DNA of 64,000 bases. Origin: an uncultured bacterium. Its GTDB lineage: Bacteria; Pseudomonadota; Gammaproteobacteria; Burkholderiales; SG8-39. Positions within the stretch are counted from its first letter, which is position 1, and every line of letters starts with the position of its first letter. Of this stretch, positions 37,526 through 45,815 are shown one piece after another. A program made the position numbers and the translations under genes. The stretch lies in assembly GCA_965233125.1 (NCBI GenBank), contig CBDDRQ010000222.1, forward strand, positions 7,806 through 71,805, read 5' to 3'. A model generated the notes under the pieces. The model was not told the DNA's origin, ran no database searches, and saw only the letters and a program-made list of their open reading frames with translations.

Positions 37526-37538
37526 CCAGCACTCGGAG

Positions 37539-37931
37539 CTATCGCGCCGGCTCGGCGTGGGGCGCGTAGAGCGCGACGAGCTCGAGCAGGCGGTCCGCGA
37601 GCACGGGCTTTCTCAGGTAAGCCACGGCGCCGACCTTTCTGGCCCGGTCGCCCGAGTCCTCGCTCGAGGTGAGGAACGCCACCGGGATGTCGCGGGTGCG
37701 CGGGTCGGCTCTCAGCGCCGCCGCGAACTCGAATCCGTCCATGTACGGCATCTCGACGTCGAGGAGGATCAGTGCGGGCAGGCACTGCAGCACCAGCCGG
37801 CCGGCAGCAACCGCGTCCTCTGCAGTGCGCGCCTCGTAGCCGGCGTTCGTCAGGTGGATATCCAGGAGCTGGCGCAGGCAGCGGTCGTCGTCGACGACGA
37901 GCACGTAGACGCCGGCGCTCACGCGCGGCGC
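37539..37931 (-). CDS. Single-domain response regulator (CheY-like receiver)
   Basis: VLVVDDD, LILLDVEMPYMDG, AFLTS and YLRKP, a full receiver signature. GTG start at 37931; the ORF-track start 38228 is probably too long. Confidence 0.75.
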   Translation of the reverse strand, partial: APRVSAGVYVLVVDDDRCLRQLLDIHLTNAGYEARTAEDAVAAGRLVLQCLPALILLDVEMPYMDGFEFAAALRADPRTRDIPVAFLTSSEDSGDRARKVGAVAYLRKPVLADRLLELVALYAPHAEPAR

Positions 37932-38039
37932 GCTCGCCCGGGCTGGTGCAGTCCGAGCGAGGTCCTGTACCAGCAAGGCCGGGCTCAATCGCGTCCTCCT
38001 CGACAAAGACTGTACGCGATATCGCTGCAAGTTGAATGG

Positions 38040-38555
38040 GTGTTTTGTACTATTTCGTGGACGGACACAGTCGTCCGCAGCAGCGAGCCAACCGGGGGCG
38101 CCATCGAGCCAGAAGAGGGAGGCGAGAAGAATCCGAGCGACGAGGTCGCGGCGTGGCTGCAGGAGGTCGGCAAGCGACGGCCCAGGCCTCGCGCGCCCGC
38201 CGAATCGACGGAAGAGCTGCTCACGCACCTGGAGCGGGTGTCGGGTACGAGAATCCGCAGCCGCGAGGACATCGATGCGTTCCTGAGCGGCGTCGCGCGC
38301 AAGGCCCGGGAAAGGCGCGCCGGCGGAGCATTCAAGAACGCGCTGCTCGGCGCCCTGCTGGTGATCGCCATCCTGCAGTACTACTTCATCGACGTGCAGC
38401 TGCAGATCCTCATGCAGCCGTCGCTGACGGTCTTCGCCCCGGCGAGGTATCCGGGCCCGGCACGGCCGCAGCGCATCTCCGGGACGCCGGGCGGCGCGGG
38501 CGTTACTCGAACGCGACCTCCACTCGAGCCACGTGCTCGTCGTATTGCGCTATGA
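38040..38555 (+). CDS. Small membrane protein, conserved paralogue family (start uncertain)
   Basis: ELLTHLERVSGTRIRSREDIDAFLSGVARKARERR...ALLGALLVIAILQYYFIDVQLQILMQPSLTVFAP matches 61355-61672. No ATG in frame; the GTG at 38040 is a guess. Confidence 0.5.
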   Translation: MFCTISWTDTVVRSSEPTGGAIEPEEGGEKNPSDEVAAWLQEVGKRRPRPRAPAESTEELLTHLERVSGTRIRSREDIDAFLSGVARKARERRAGGAFKNALLGALLVIAILQYYFIDVQLQILMQPSLTVFAPARYPGPARPQRISGTPGGAGVTRTRPPLEPRARRIAL

Positions 38556-38808
38556 GCAAATGCAGCGCGGCGCGGTTGCCGCGCCTGGCGTTGAGCTCGA
38601 TCAGGCGCGCGATCGTAGCGATGCGCACGAAGCCGTAGGAGCCCGAGGCGCCCTTGATGCGATCGCCGAGGAGGCGCAGGCCTTCGAGGTCGTCCGACAG
38701 AAGCCCGACGCGCAACGCGTGCCCGTCCTTGCGCCGGTTCTCCAGGAATGCCGGCATCAGCTCCTGGAGCTCCCTCGGGACAACCACGCGGTGGGCGTCA
38801 TCGCTCAT
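38503..38808 (-). CDS. Hpt-like four-helix protein with Asp at the phospho-His position
   Basis: LMPAFLENRRKD...LLGDRIKGASGSYGF aligns with the Hpt consensus ..aHslKGsa...G. The residue three before KG is D, not H. Confidence 0.6.
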   Translation of the reverse strand: MSDDAHRVVVPRELQELMPAFLENRRKDGHALRVGLLSDDLEGLRLLGDRIKGASGSYGFVRIATIARLIELNARRGNRAALHLLIAQYDEHVARVEVAFE

Positions 38809-38959
38809 TGCGCAGCCGTATGCTGCGTGCGTACCGCCGCACGGTCAACACCGCTACACATCGGCCGCAGGGAGGCCAAGGCCATGGACGTCCTGAAGCC
38901 GACCGTGCCGGAGGGCACGACGCTGTTCAATGCCGGCGACGCTGCCGACTTTCCCCGGG

Positions 38960-39217
38960 CTAGGCGCCGGCCGGGCGCTTCTCGATCTCGCGGGCGCCGC
39001 TTTTACGCATCAGGTCGATGATCGGCTGCGCGTCCTCGCCGGGCTGGATGTCGATGCTCAGCAGGCAAGCCTCCCCGAGAGCGTGCGCGGCGGCGCTTCG
39101 GTGCCCGGCAATCGGGCGCAGCTCCAGGCCGGCTATGCCGGCGTTCGCCAGACCGCGCAGCGCTTCGCGGGCTTCCTCCACACTGTCGAAAAGTGCGACT
39201 AGCGCCTGGCCCTTCAT
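38960..39217 (-). CDS. Small hypothetical protein (85 aa), possibly YflT/GSP17M-like N-terminal domain
   Basis: MKGQALVALFDSVEEAREALRGLANAGI... Start at an internal ATG. Confidence 0.4.
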   Translation of the reverse strand: MKGQALVALFDSVEEAREALRGLANAGIAGLELRPIAGHRSAAAHALGEACLLSIDIQPGEDAQPIIDLMRKSGAREIEKRPAGA

Positions 39218-39365
39218 GCTCGAGAAGTCGCAAGTCCCATGCCAGCGCCGATTCTCGCCGGCGCATGTTGCCGCCGGATGACCCGGCATGGTTGTAAGAC
39301 TATGCAAGAGGGCCGGCCGCGGAAATCTATAATCACGGCACCGAAAACGATCATGGGGTAAGTGG

Positions 39366-39623
39366 GTGGAACCGACGCTGCGCCTCGTTCGCTGTCCCTG
39401 TTGCAGGGGGCCTCTCTACACCTTGAGCACACTGTCGCCGCGCGGCGAGGCCGGCTGGCAGCTCGACAAGAACAGCCCGCAGATCCAGAAGGACAAGGAC
39501 GGCCCGTTCATGAAGTGCCCGCGCTGCTCACGGCGAATCGCCATCGTGAAGGCGCGCAAGAAGCCGGGCGCGCCCGAGTTCGAGGTGGCCGCGAACCAGA
39601 AGTGCGACCAGATCCTTCGCTAG
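39366..39623 (+). CDS. Small zinc-ribbon protein (85 aa)
   Basis: CPCC...28 residues...CPRC pairs. Basic C-terminus. Confidence 0.5.
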   Translation: MEPTLRLVRCPCCRGPLYTLSTLSPRGEAGWQLDKNSPQIQKDKDGPFMKCPRCSRRIAIVKARKKPGAPEFEVAANQKCDQILR

Positions 39624-39633
39624 AATCGACCCG

Positions 39634-40650
39634 ATGCTCCTGGTGACCGGCGGGGCCGGGTTCATCGGCTCCAACTTCGTGCTCTCGACGATCGCCCGGA
39701 CCGGCGAGCCGGTCGTCAACCTCGACAAGCTGACCTACGCCGGCAACCTGCGCAGCCTCGCGCCGCTCGCCGGCGACCCGCGCCACGTGTTCGTGCAGGG
39801 CGACATCTGCGACCGCGCGCTCGTGCGCGGCCTGCTCGCGGAGCACCAGCCGCGCGCCATCGTGCACTTCGCGGCGGAAAGCCATGTCGACCGCTCGATT
39901 CTCGGGCCGGCGCAGTTCGTGCAGACCAACGTGGTCGGCACGATGTGCCTGCTCGAGGAGGCGCGCTCGTATTACGCGTCCCTCGGCCCGCACGGCCAGC
40001 GCTTCCGCTTCCTGCACATCTCGACCGACGAGGTGTTCGGCACGCTGGGACCGCGCGACCCGGCGTTCACGGAGGCCTCGCCCTTCGCGCCCAACAGCCC
40101 CTATGCGGCCTCGAAGGCCGGGGCGGACCACCTGGTGCGCGCCTACTTCCATACCTACGGGCTGCCGGCGCTCATCACGAACTGCTCGAACAACTACGGG
40201 CCGCACCAGTTCCCCGAGAAGCTGATCCCGCTCATGATCCGCAGCGCGCTCGCCGGCGAGCCGCTGCCGGTGTACGGCGACGGCCGCAACGTGCGCGACT
40301 GGCTCTACGTGGACGATCATTGCGACGCCCTCCGGCTGGTGCTCGAGAAGGGCACCGTGGGCGACACCTACAACATCGGCGGCGAGGCCGAGCGCGCCAA
40401 CATCGACCTGGTGCACGCGCTGTGCGCTCTCCTCGATGACGCGAGCCCGCGCCCGGGCGGGCGTTATGCGGATCTCATCTCGTTCGTCAAGGACCGGCCC
40501 GGGCACGACCGGCGCTACGCGATGGACATCGCGAAGATCCGGCGCGAGCTCGGCTGGCAGCCGCGCGAGAGCTTCGAGTCCGGGCTGCAGAAGACCGTGC
40601 TCTGGTACCTCGAGCACCTGGAGAGCCACTTCGCGCCGGAGACGGCGTGA
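39634..40650 (+). CDS. rfbB: dTDP-glucose 4,6-dehydratase
   Basis: [31 protein letters not shown] and NCSNNYGP. Confidence 0.9.
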   Translation: MLLVTGGAGFIGSNFVLSTIARTGEPVVNLDKLTYAGNLRSLAPLAGDPRHVFVQGDICDRALVRGLLAEHQPRAIVHFAAESHVDRSILGPAQFVQTNVVGTMCLLEEARSYYASLGPHGQRFRFLHISTDEVFGTLGPRDPAFTEASPFAPNSPYAASKAGADHLVRAYFHTYGLPALITNCSNNYGPHQFPEKLIPLMIRSALAGEPLPVYGDGRNVRDWLYVDDHCDALRLVLEKGTVGDTYNIGGEAERANIDLVHALCALLDDASPRPGGRYADLISFVKDRPGHDRRYAMDIAKIRRELGWQPRESFESGLQKTVLWYLEHLESHFAPETA

Positions 40651-41522
40651 AGGGCATCGTGCTCGCCGGGGGCTCGGGCACGCGCCTTTACCCCGTCACC
40701 CAGGCGATATCGAAGCAGCTCCTGCCGGTCTACGACAAGCCGATGGTGTACTACCCCCTCAGCACGCTCATGCTGGCGGGCATCCGCGACATCCTGCTCA
40801 TCTCGACGCCGCAGGACACGCCGCGCTTCGCGGAGCTGCTGGGCGACGGCGGCAAATGGGGACTGGACATGCGCTATGCCGTGCAGCCGCGCCCGGAGGG
40901 CATCGCGCAGGCTTTCCGCATCGGCCGCGATTTCGTCGGCCCGGACCGCGTCGCGCTGGTCCTGGGCGACAACCTGTTCTACGGCCACGACCTGACCGAG
41001 CTGCTGCAGCGCGCCTCGCGGCGCGAGCAGGGCGCGACCGTGTTCGCCTATCCGGTGCGCGACCCGCAGCGCTACGGCGTGATCGACTTCGACGAGCGCG
41101 GCAAGGCACGCAGCATCGAGGAGAAGCCGGCGAGCCCGAAGTCGCGCTACGCGGTCACCGGGCTCTACTTCTACGACAACCGGGTGCTCGAGATCGCCGC
41201 GGCGCTGGAGCCCTCGGCGCGAGGCGAGCTCGAGATCACCGACGTCAACCGCGCCTACCTCGCGCGCGGCGAGCTGGAAGTCGTGCCCATGGGCCGCGGC
41301 ATGGCCTGGCTCGACACCGGCACGCACGAGGCGCTGCTCGAGGCCGCGCATTTCATCGAGACCATCGAGCGGCGCCAGGGGTTGAAGATCGCCTGCCCGG
41401 AGGAGATCGCCTGGCGCATGGGCTTCATCGACGCCGGCGAGCTCGAGGCGCTCGCGCGGCCGCTCGCGAAGAGCGGCTACGGCGAGTACCTGCTGCGCGT
41501 GCTCTCCGATCGCCTGTTCTAG
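40647..41522 (+). CDS. rfbA: Glucose-1-phosphate thymidylyltransferase
   Basis: [29 protein letters not shown], and PERYGV-type RYGVIDFD. Confidence 0.9.
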   Translation: MKGIVLAGGSGTRLYPVTQAISKQLLPVYDKPMVYYPLSTLMLAGIRDILLISTPQDTPRFAELLGDGGKWGLDMRYAVQPRPEGIAQAFRIGRDFVGPDRVALVLGDNLFYGHDLTELLQRASRREQGATVFAYPVRDPQRYGVIDFDERGKARSIEEKPASPKSRYAVTGLYFYDNRVLEIAAALEPSARGELEITDVNRAYLARGELEVVPMGRGMAWLDTGTHEALLEAAHFIETIERRQGLKIACPEEIAWRMGFIDAGELEALARPLAKSGYGEYLLRVLSDRLF

Positions 41523-42065
41523 ATGCGGCTCGCGCCGACCGAGATCCCCGGCGTGGCGCTGCTCGAGCCGCGCGTGTTCGAGGACGCGCGCGGCTTCAAC
41601 TTCGAGAGCTACAACCGCCGTGCCTTCCGCGAGCTCGCCGGCACCGATGTCGAGTTCGTGCAGGACAACCGCTCGGGCTCCGCGGAGAACGTGATCCGCG
41701 GCCTGCACTACCAGGTCGTGCGGCCGCAGGGGAAGCTGGTCTGCGCCCTGCGCGGCGAGATCTTCGACGTGGCGGTCGACCTGCGCCGCAGCTCGCCCAC
41801 CTTCGGCCGATGGGCCGGCTTCCGCCTCTCGGCGGCGAACCGCCGCATGGCCTGGATCCCGCCGGGCTTCGCGCACGGCTTCCTCGCGCTTTCCGCCGCC
41901 GAGGTCCTCTACAAGCTCACCGACTTCTGGGCCCCCGAGCACGAGCGCACCATCCTCTGGAACGACCCGGCGCTCGCGATTGCGTGGCCGCTCGAGGGCT
42001 CGCCCATCCTTTCGGAGAAGGATGCGAAGGGGACGAGGCTCGAGGCAGCGGAGCTCTTCCCGTGA
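41523..42065 (+). CDS. rfbC: dTDP-4-dehydrorhamnose 3,5-epimerase
   Basis: FEDARGFNFESYN, RGLHYQ and PPGFAHGF. Confidence 0.9.
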   Translation: MRLAPTEIPGVALLEPRVFEDARGFNFESYNRRAFRELAGTDVEFVQDNRSGSAENVIRGLHYQVVRPQGKLVCALRGEIFDVAVDLRRSSPTFGRWAGFRLSAANRRMAWIPPGFAHGFLALSAAEVLYKLTDFWAPEHERTILWNDPALAIAWPLEGSPILSEKDAKGTRLEAAELFP

Positions 42066-42907
42066 GGATCCTGCTCACCGGCCGCACCGGCCAGGTGGGC
42101 TGGGAGCTCGAGCGCAGCCTGCGGGGCCTGGGGGAAGTCCTCGCCACCGACCGTGCCGCCCTCGACCTCGCCGATAGCGACGCCATCCGCCGCGCGGTGC
42201 GCGAGGCGAAGCCCGATGTGATCGTCAATGCCGCGGCCTATACCGCCGTCGACAAGGCGGAGCGCGAGCCGGCGCGGGCGCTGCAGATCAACGCCATGGC
42301 GCCCGGGGTGTTCGCCGAAGAGGCGCGCCGGCGCCGCGCGCTTCTGGTGCATTACTCCACCGACTACGTTTTCGACGGGCAAAGCTCGCAGCCTTACGTC
42401 GAGGACGATGTGCCGCACCCTCTGAACGCCTACGGCAAGACCAAGCTCGCCGGCGAGCAGGCGCTTGCCGCCACGGGATGCAGGCGGCTCCTGCTGCGCT
42501 CGAGCTGGGTCTATGCGCCAAGGGGCCGCAACTTCTTCCTCGCCATCGCGGAGAAGGCGCGCGCCGGGGGGCCGCTTCGCGTCGTGGACGACCAGCACGG
42601 CGTGCCCACCGAGAGCCGCTTCATCGCGCAGACGACGGCACGCCTCATCGAGCGCGAAGCCGAAGGAACCTTCCACGTCGTGCCGGGCGGGGCCACCACC
42701 TGGCACGGCTTTGCGGGCGCCATCGTCGCGGGGCTCGGGGTCGACGTGCCGGTCGAGGCCATCGCGTCGAGCGCGTTTCCCGGCGCCGCGCGGCGTCCCG
42801 CGTACTCGGTGCTCGCCAATCGCAAACTGGCGGGCTCGCTCGGGACGCCGCTGCCGGCGTGGCAGGATCTGCTCGGGCCCTGTATCGCGAGGTGGAAGGC
42901 CCGCTAG
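42062..42907 (+). CDS. rfbD: dTDP-4-dehydrorhamnose reductase
   Basis: GTG 42062 (GTGA overlap with the rfbC stop). ILLTGRTGQVGWEL, NAAAYTAVDKAE, STDYVFDG and YGKTKLAGE. The 823-aa ORF in the track is an upstream GC artefact. Confidence 0.88.
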   Translation: MRILLTGRTGQVGWELERSLRGLGEVLATDRAALDLADSDAIRRAVREAKPDVIVNAAAYTAVDKAEREPARALQINAMAPGVFAEEARRRRALLVHYSTDYVFDGQSSQPYVEDDVPHPLNAYGKTKLAGEQALAATGCRRLLLRSSWVYAPRGRNFFLAIAEKARAGGPLRVVDDQHGVPTESRFIAQTTARLIEREAEGTFHVVPGGATTWHGFAGAIVAGLGVDVPVEAIASSAFPGAARRPAYSVLANRKLAGSLGTPLPAWQDLLGPCIARWKAR

Positions 42908-42910
42908 AGC

Positions 42911-43825
42911 ATGAGCACGACCAGGGACGCCACGGTACTCTTCGCCGACGTGAGCGGCAGCACGGCGCTCTACGAGAAGGCGGGGGACGCCGCGGCGGCC
43001 AGGGCGATCGAGGGCTGCCTCGGCGCGATGCGCCTGGCGGTGGAGGCGAACCGCGGGCGCGTGGTGAAGACGATCGGCGACGAGGTGATGGCGCTCTTTC
43101 CCTCGCCGGATGCCGCGGCGGCGGCGGCGGTGCGCATGCACCTCGGCGTGGAGGCGCTTCCCGCGGTGGGGGGCAGCGCGCTCGGGGTGCGCATCGCTTT
43201 CCACGCCGGGCCGGTGGTGCAGCGCGAGGACGACGTCTTCGGCGACACGGTCAACCTCGCCTCCCGCCTCGCCGGGCAGGCGATCAAGGGACAGGTACTT
43301 ACTTCCGAAGCGACGGCGGCGATGCTCAGTCCGCTGCTGCGCAGCTCGACCCGGCGGCTCTACCCGATCCAGGTCAAGGGCAAGGCCGACGAGGTGGCGC
43401 TCTACGAGTTCGTCTGGCGGCGCAGCCCGGACGTGACCGACGTGGCGGGCCGCCTGTCCGTGCCGCGCGCGCCGGCGCTCGTGCTGCGGCTGCGCTACCG
43501 GGGGCGCGAGGTGATGGGCCGGCGGCTCAACGAGTCGCTGGTGATCGGGCGCGATCCCGGCTGCGATCTGGTGATCGCCGACATCAAGGCCTCGCGCCAG
43601 CATTGCAGCATCGAGCGGCGCGACGGCCAGTTCGTGCTGCGCGATCACAGCGCGAACGGCACCTACCTCACCGTGGCGGGCGAGCCCGAGCTCGCCTTGC
43701 AGCGCCAGGGGTGCGCCCTGCGCGGGCACGGCTGGATCGCGCTCGGCCTGCCCCGCTCGCCGGCGCGGGACGCGGTGGAGTATTTTTGCGAGGCCGTGGA
43801 AGATCCGCCGGACTTACCACCTTGA
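42911..43825 (+). CDS. Class III adenylate/guanylate cyclase (catalytic motifs intact) fused to an FHA domain
   Basis: VLFADVSGSTALYE, VKTIGDEVMALF, FGDTVNLASRLAG. FHA: IGRDPGCDLVI...ASRQHC...DHSANGTYL. Starts 3 nt after the rfbD stop. Confidence 0.8.
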   Translation: MSTTRDATVLFADVSGSTALYEKAGDAAAARAIEGCLGAMRLAVEANRGRVVKTIGDEVMALFPSPDAAAAAAVRMHLGVEALPAVGGSALGVRIAFHAGPVVQREDDVFGDTVNLASRLAGQAIKGQVLTSEATAAMLSPLLRSSTRRLYPIQVKGKADEVALYEFVWRRSPDVTDVAGRLSVPRAPALVLRLRYRGREVMGRRLNESLVIGRDPGCDLVIADIKASRQHCSIERRDGQFVLRDHSANGTYLTVAGEPELALQRQGCALRGHGWIALGLPRSPARDAVEYFCEAVEDPPDLPP

Positions 43826-43941
43826 AATTCCCGGTTCCATAACGGGAAATTCGAGGGTGCCGGTGGCTAGCGCCAGGCCGGCGGCCTTGACACGTGGATG
43901 CGGCGTTTATACATTACAAGCATACATCGCGAGATCCGACC

Positions 43942-44187
43942 ATGATTCGTACCCAGATCTATCTCAGCCCCGTGCAGCAGAAGGCGCTCAAGGCGCTGGC
44001 CGCGAGGACGGGCCGGACGCAGAGCGAGCTCATCCGGGACGCGATCGATCGATTCGTCGGTCAGCGCAAGGCCTCCGAGCGGGGCCCCGTCGTCAAGCGC
44101 TCAGCCGGACTCTGGAAGGACCGGACCGACCTGCCCGACTTCGCCGCCTTGCGGCGCGAAGCCGATCGCGTCGCGACGCGCGCTTAG
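43942..44187 (+). CDS. vapB: Ribbon-helix-helix (CopG/VapB-type) antitoxin
   Basis: MIRTQIYLSPVQQKALKALAARTGRTQSELIRDAIDRF, directly upstream of a PIN gene. Confidence 0.7.
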   Translation: MIRTQIYLSPVQQKALKALAARTGRTQSELIRDAIDRFVGQRKASERGPVVKRSAGLWKDRTDLPDFAALRREADRVATRA

Positions 44188-44202
44188 CGCCGCCGCCGGG
44201 CG

Positions 44203-44589
44203 ATGGCGCAAGCGCTCCTCCTGGACACCGATTTCCTGATTGATTTTCTGCGTGGACGAGCGCAGGCGGTCGCTTTCATGGAGGAGGATTCCCGGCCCAT
44301 GGCGGTTTCCGCGGTCACTGTTGCGGAGCTGCACGCAGGCGTGCGCCATGGAGCGGAGCAAGACCAGCTTGCCGAGCTGCTGTCGCTCTTCAGCCAGGTT
44401 GCGGTGGATTCGGACACGGCGGCGGAGGGCGGGCTGCTTCGGCGGGACTATGGACCCAGTCACGGCACCGGATTGATCGACGCGATCATCGCGGCGAGCG
44501 CTCTGCGCCACGGGCTGCGGCTCGTTACCTTGAACGCCAGGCACTACCCGATGCTGTCGGGAGTGATCGTTCCCTACCGCAAGCGGTGA
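44203..44589 (+). CDS. vapC: PIN-domain toxin
   Basis: LLDTDFLIDFL..., VTVAEL, DAIIAASAL and LVTLNARHY (acidic quartet pattern). Confidence 0.75.
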   Translation: MAQALLLDTDFLIDFLRGRAQAVAFMEEDSRPMAVSAVTVAELHAGVRHGAEQDQLAELLSLFSQVAVDSDTAAEGGLLRRDYGPSHGTGLIDAIIAASALRHGLRLVTLNARHYPMLSGVIVPYRKR

Positions 44590-44623
44590 CGGGGTCGCCC
44601 GAGGCGTAGGAAAAGCGATCAGC

Positions 44624-44827
44624 ATGAAAGCCCGGTACGACTTCTCGAAAGGCAGGCGCGGCGCCGTTATCGCCCAGAAGGGCAAGACGCGCATCTCGAT
44701 CTTCATCGATAACGCAATGCTGGAGCAGCTCAGGACCCGGGCTGAGAAGGCCGGGACGGGCTATCAATCGATGATGAACGACGCGCTGCGGAGCTACCTG
44801 CTTCGGAGCGCAAGCAAGAAGCGCTAA
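44624..44827 (+). CDS. BrnA-like antitoxin (CopG-like C-terminus), with no cognate BrnT
   Basis: YDFSKGRRG...KTRISIFIDNAMLEQLRTRAEKAGTGYQSMMNDALRSYL, the BrnA pattern. Confidence 0.6.
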   Translation: MKARYDFSKGRRGAVIAQKGKTRISIFIDNAMLEQLRTRAEKAGTGYQSMMNDALRSYLLRSASKKR

Positions 44828-44851
44828 CTGATTCTCCCGGCTCGGCGCGCA

Positions 44852-44879
44852 GGAAAATGGGGTACGTCCCCATTTTTCC
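44852..44879. repeat. Palindromic REP-like unit and probable terminator
   Basis: ggaaaatggggtac/gtccccatttttcc. Same core family as 2497-2515. Confidence 0.6.
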
Positions 44880-44949
44880 GATTTATCCCGCTATACTTTT
44901 TTCGCGAGCCACGGGGGGCGGTACGGGGCAGGGAGGCCCCGCGGGGAGG

Positions 44950-45807
44950 ATGCGCCAGCAAGAGTCGATTCTGGAGTTCCACAGGGGCGTCTATTTCAAG
45001 GTCGCGATCCTCCTGTGCGCCGCGGCGATCGCGGCGTACGCGCTGCACGAAGTCCCCTCCGCGTACTACAAGCCCTACGGCGGCACCTGGCTCGGCTACA
45101 CCCTGGGCGGGGTCGCCGCCTTCCTCGTCCTGTGGATGATGCTGCTCGGCATCCGCAAGCGCCGCTACCGCTCGAGCGTCGGCACGCTGCACGGCTGGAC
45201 CTCCTCGCACGTGTACCTCGGGGGCGCGGCGATCGTCATCGCGACGCTGCACGGCGGCTTCGAGTTCGGCTGGAACGTGCACACGTTCGCCTACGCGCTG
45301 ATGGTGCTGGTCATCGCCACCGGGGTGTACGGCGTGTACGCCTATCTCCACTACCCGACGCTCATCACGCAGAACCTCTCGGGCGACACGCTGGAGTCGA
45401 CGCTGCTCAAGATCGCCGACCTCGACCGGCGCTGCCGCAGGATCGCGCTCGACCTGCCCGACCAGGCGAACGCGCTGGTGATCGGCGCGACGCGCGCCGC
45501 GGCGCGCGAGGCCGAGCTCGGCGGGAGCCTCCGCCAGCGCCTGCGCGGTGAGCGCGTGCGCTGCCCGACGCGGGAGGCGACCGCGAAGCTCATGTCGCTC
45601 GGCGCGGGCTACACCGGCAAGCAGGCGGCGGCCAACGGCCAGCTCGTGAGCGCGATGACGCGCAAGAGCGCGCTCATCGACCGCGTGCGCCGCCACCTGC
45701 GCTACAGCGCGCTGCTGGAGGTCTGGCTCTACGCGCACGTGCCGCTCTCCTTCGCGCTGCTCGCGGCGCTGATCGCGCACGTCGTCTCGGTCTTCTACTT
45801 CTGGTAG
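44950..45807 (+). CDS. Five-TM membrane protein, candidate dihaem b-type cytochrome / quinol-interacting subunit
   Basis: ATG 44950 with RBS ggggagg. Two TM helices each carry H-x13-H (HVYLGGAAIVIATLH; HVPLSFALLAALIAH). Confidence 0.55.
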   Translation: MRQQESILEFHRGVYFKVAILLCAAAIAAYALHEVPSAYYKPYGGTWLGYTLGGVAAFLVLWMMLLGIRKRRYRSSVGTLHGWTSSHVYLGGAAIVIATLHGGFEFGWNVHTFAYALMVLVIATGVYGVYAYLHYPTLITQNLSGDTLESTLLKIADLDRRCRRIALDLPDQANALVIGATRAAAREAELGGSLRQRLRGERVRCPTREATAKLMSLGAGYTGKQAAANGQLVSAMTRKSALIDRVRRHLRYSALLEVWLYAHVPLSFALLAALIAHVVSVFYFW

Positions 45808-45815
45808 GCGGCGCC

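Noticed and set aside
40436-42907. 823-aa + strand ORF covering rfbA, rfbC and rfbD.
   Set aside because: It is out of frame with the clearly recognisable rfbA and rfbC products. Only the final 281 codons (from GTG 42062) correspond to RfbD. The rest is a GC-driven open frame.
43824-43853. Imperfect inverted repeat gaaattcccg...cgggaaattc after the cyclase-FHA gene, considered as a terminator.
   Set aside because: The stem is only ~6-8 bp with an internal mismatch, and there is no T-run. This is too weak to annotate.
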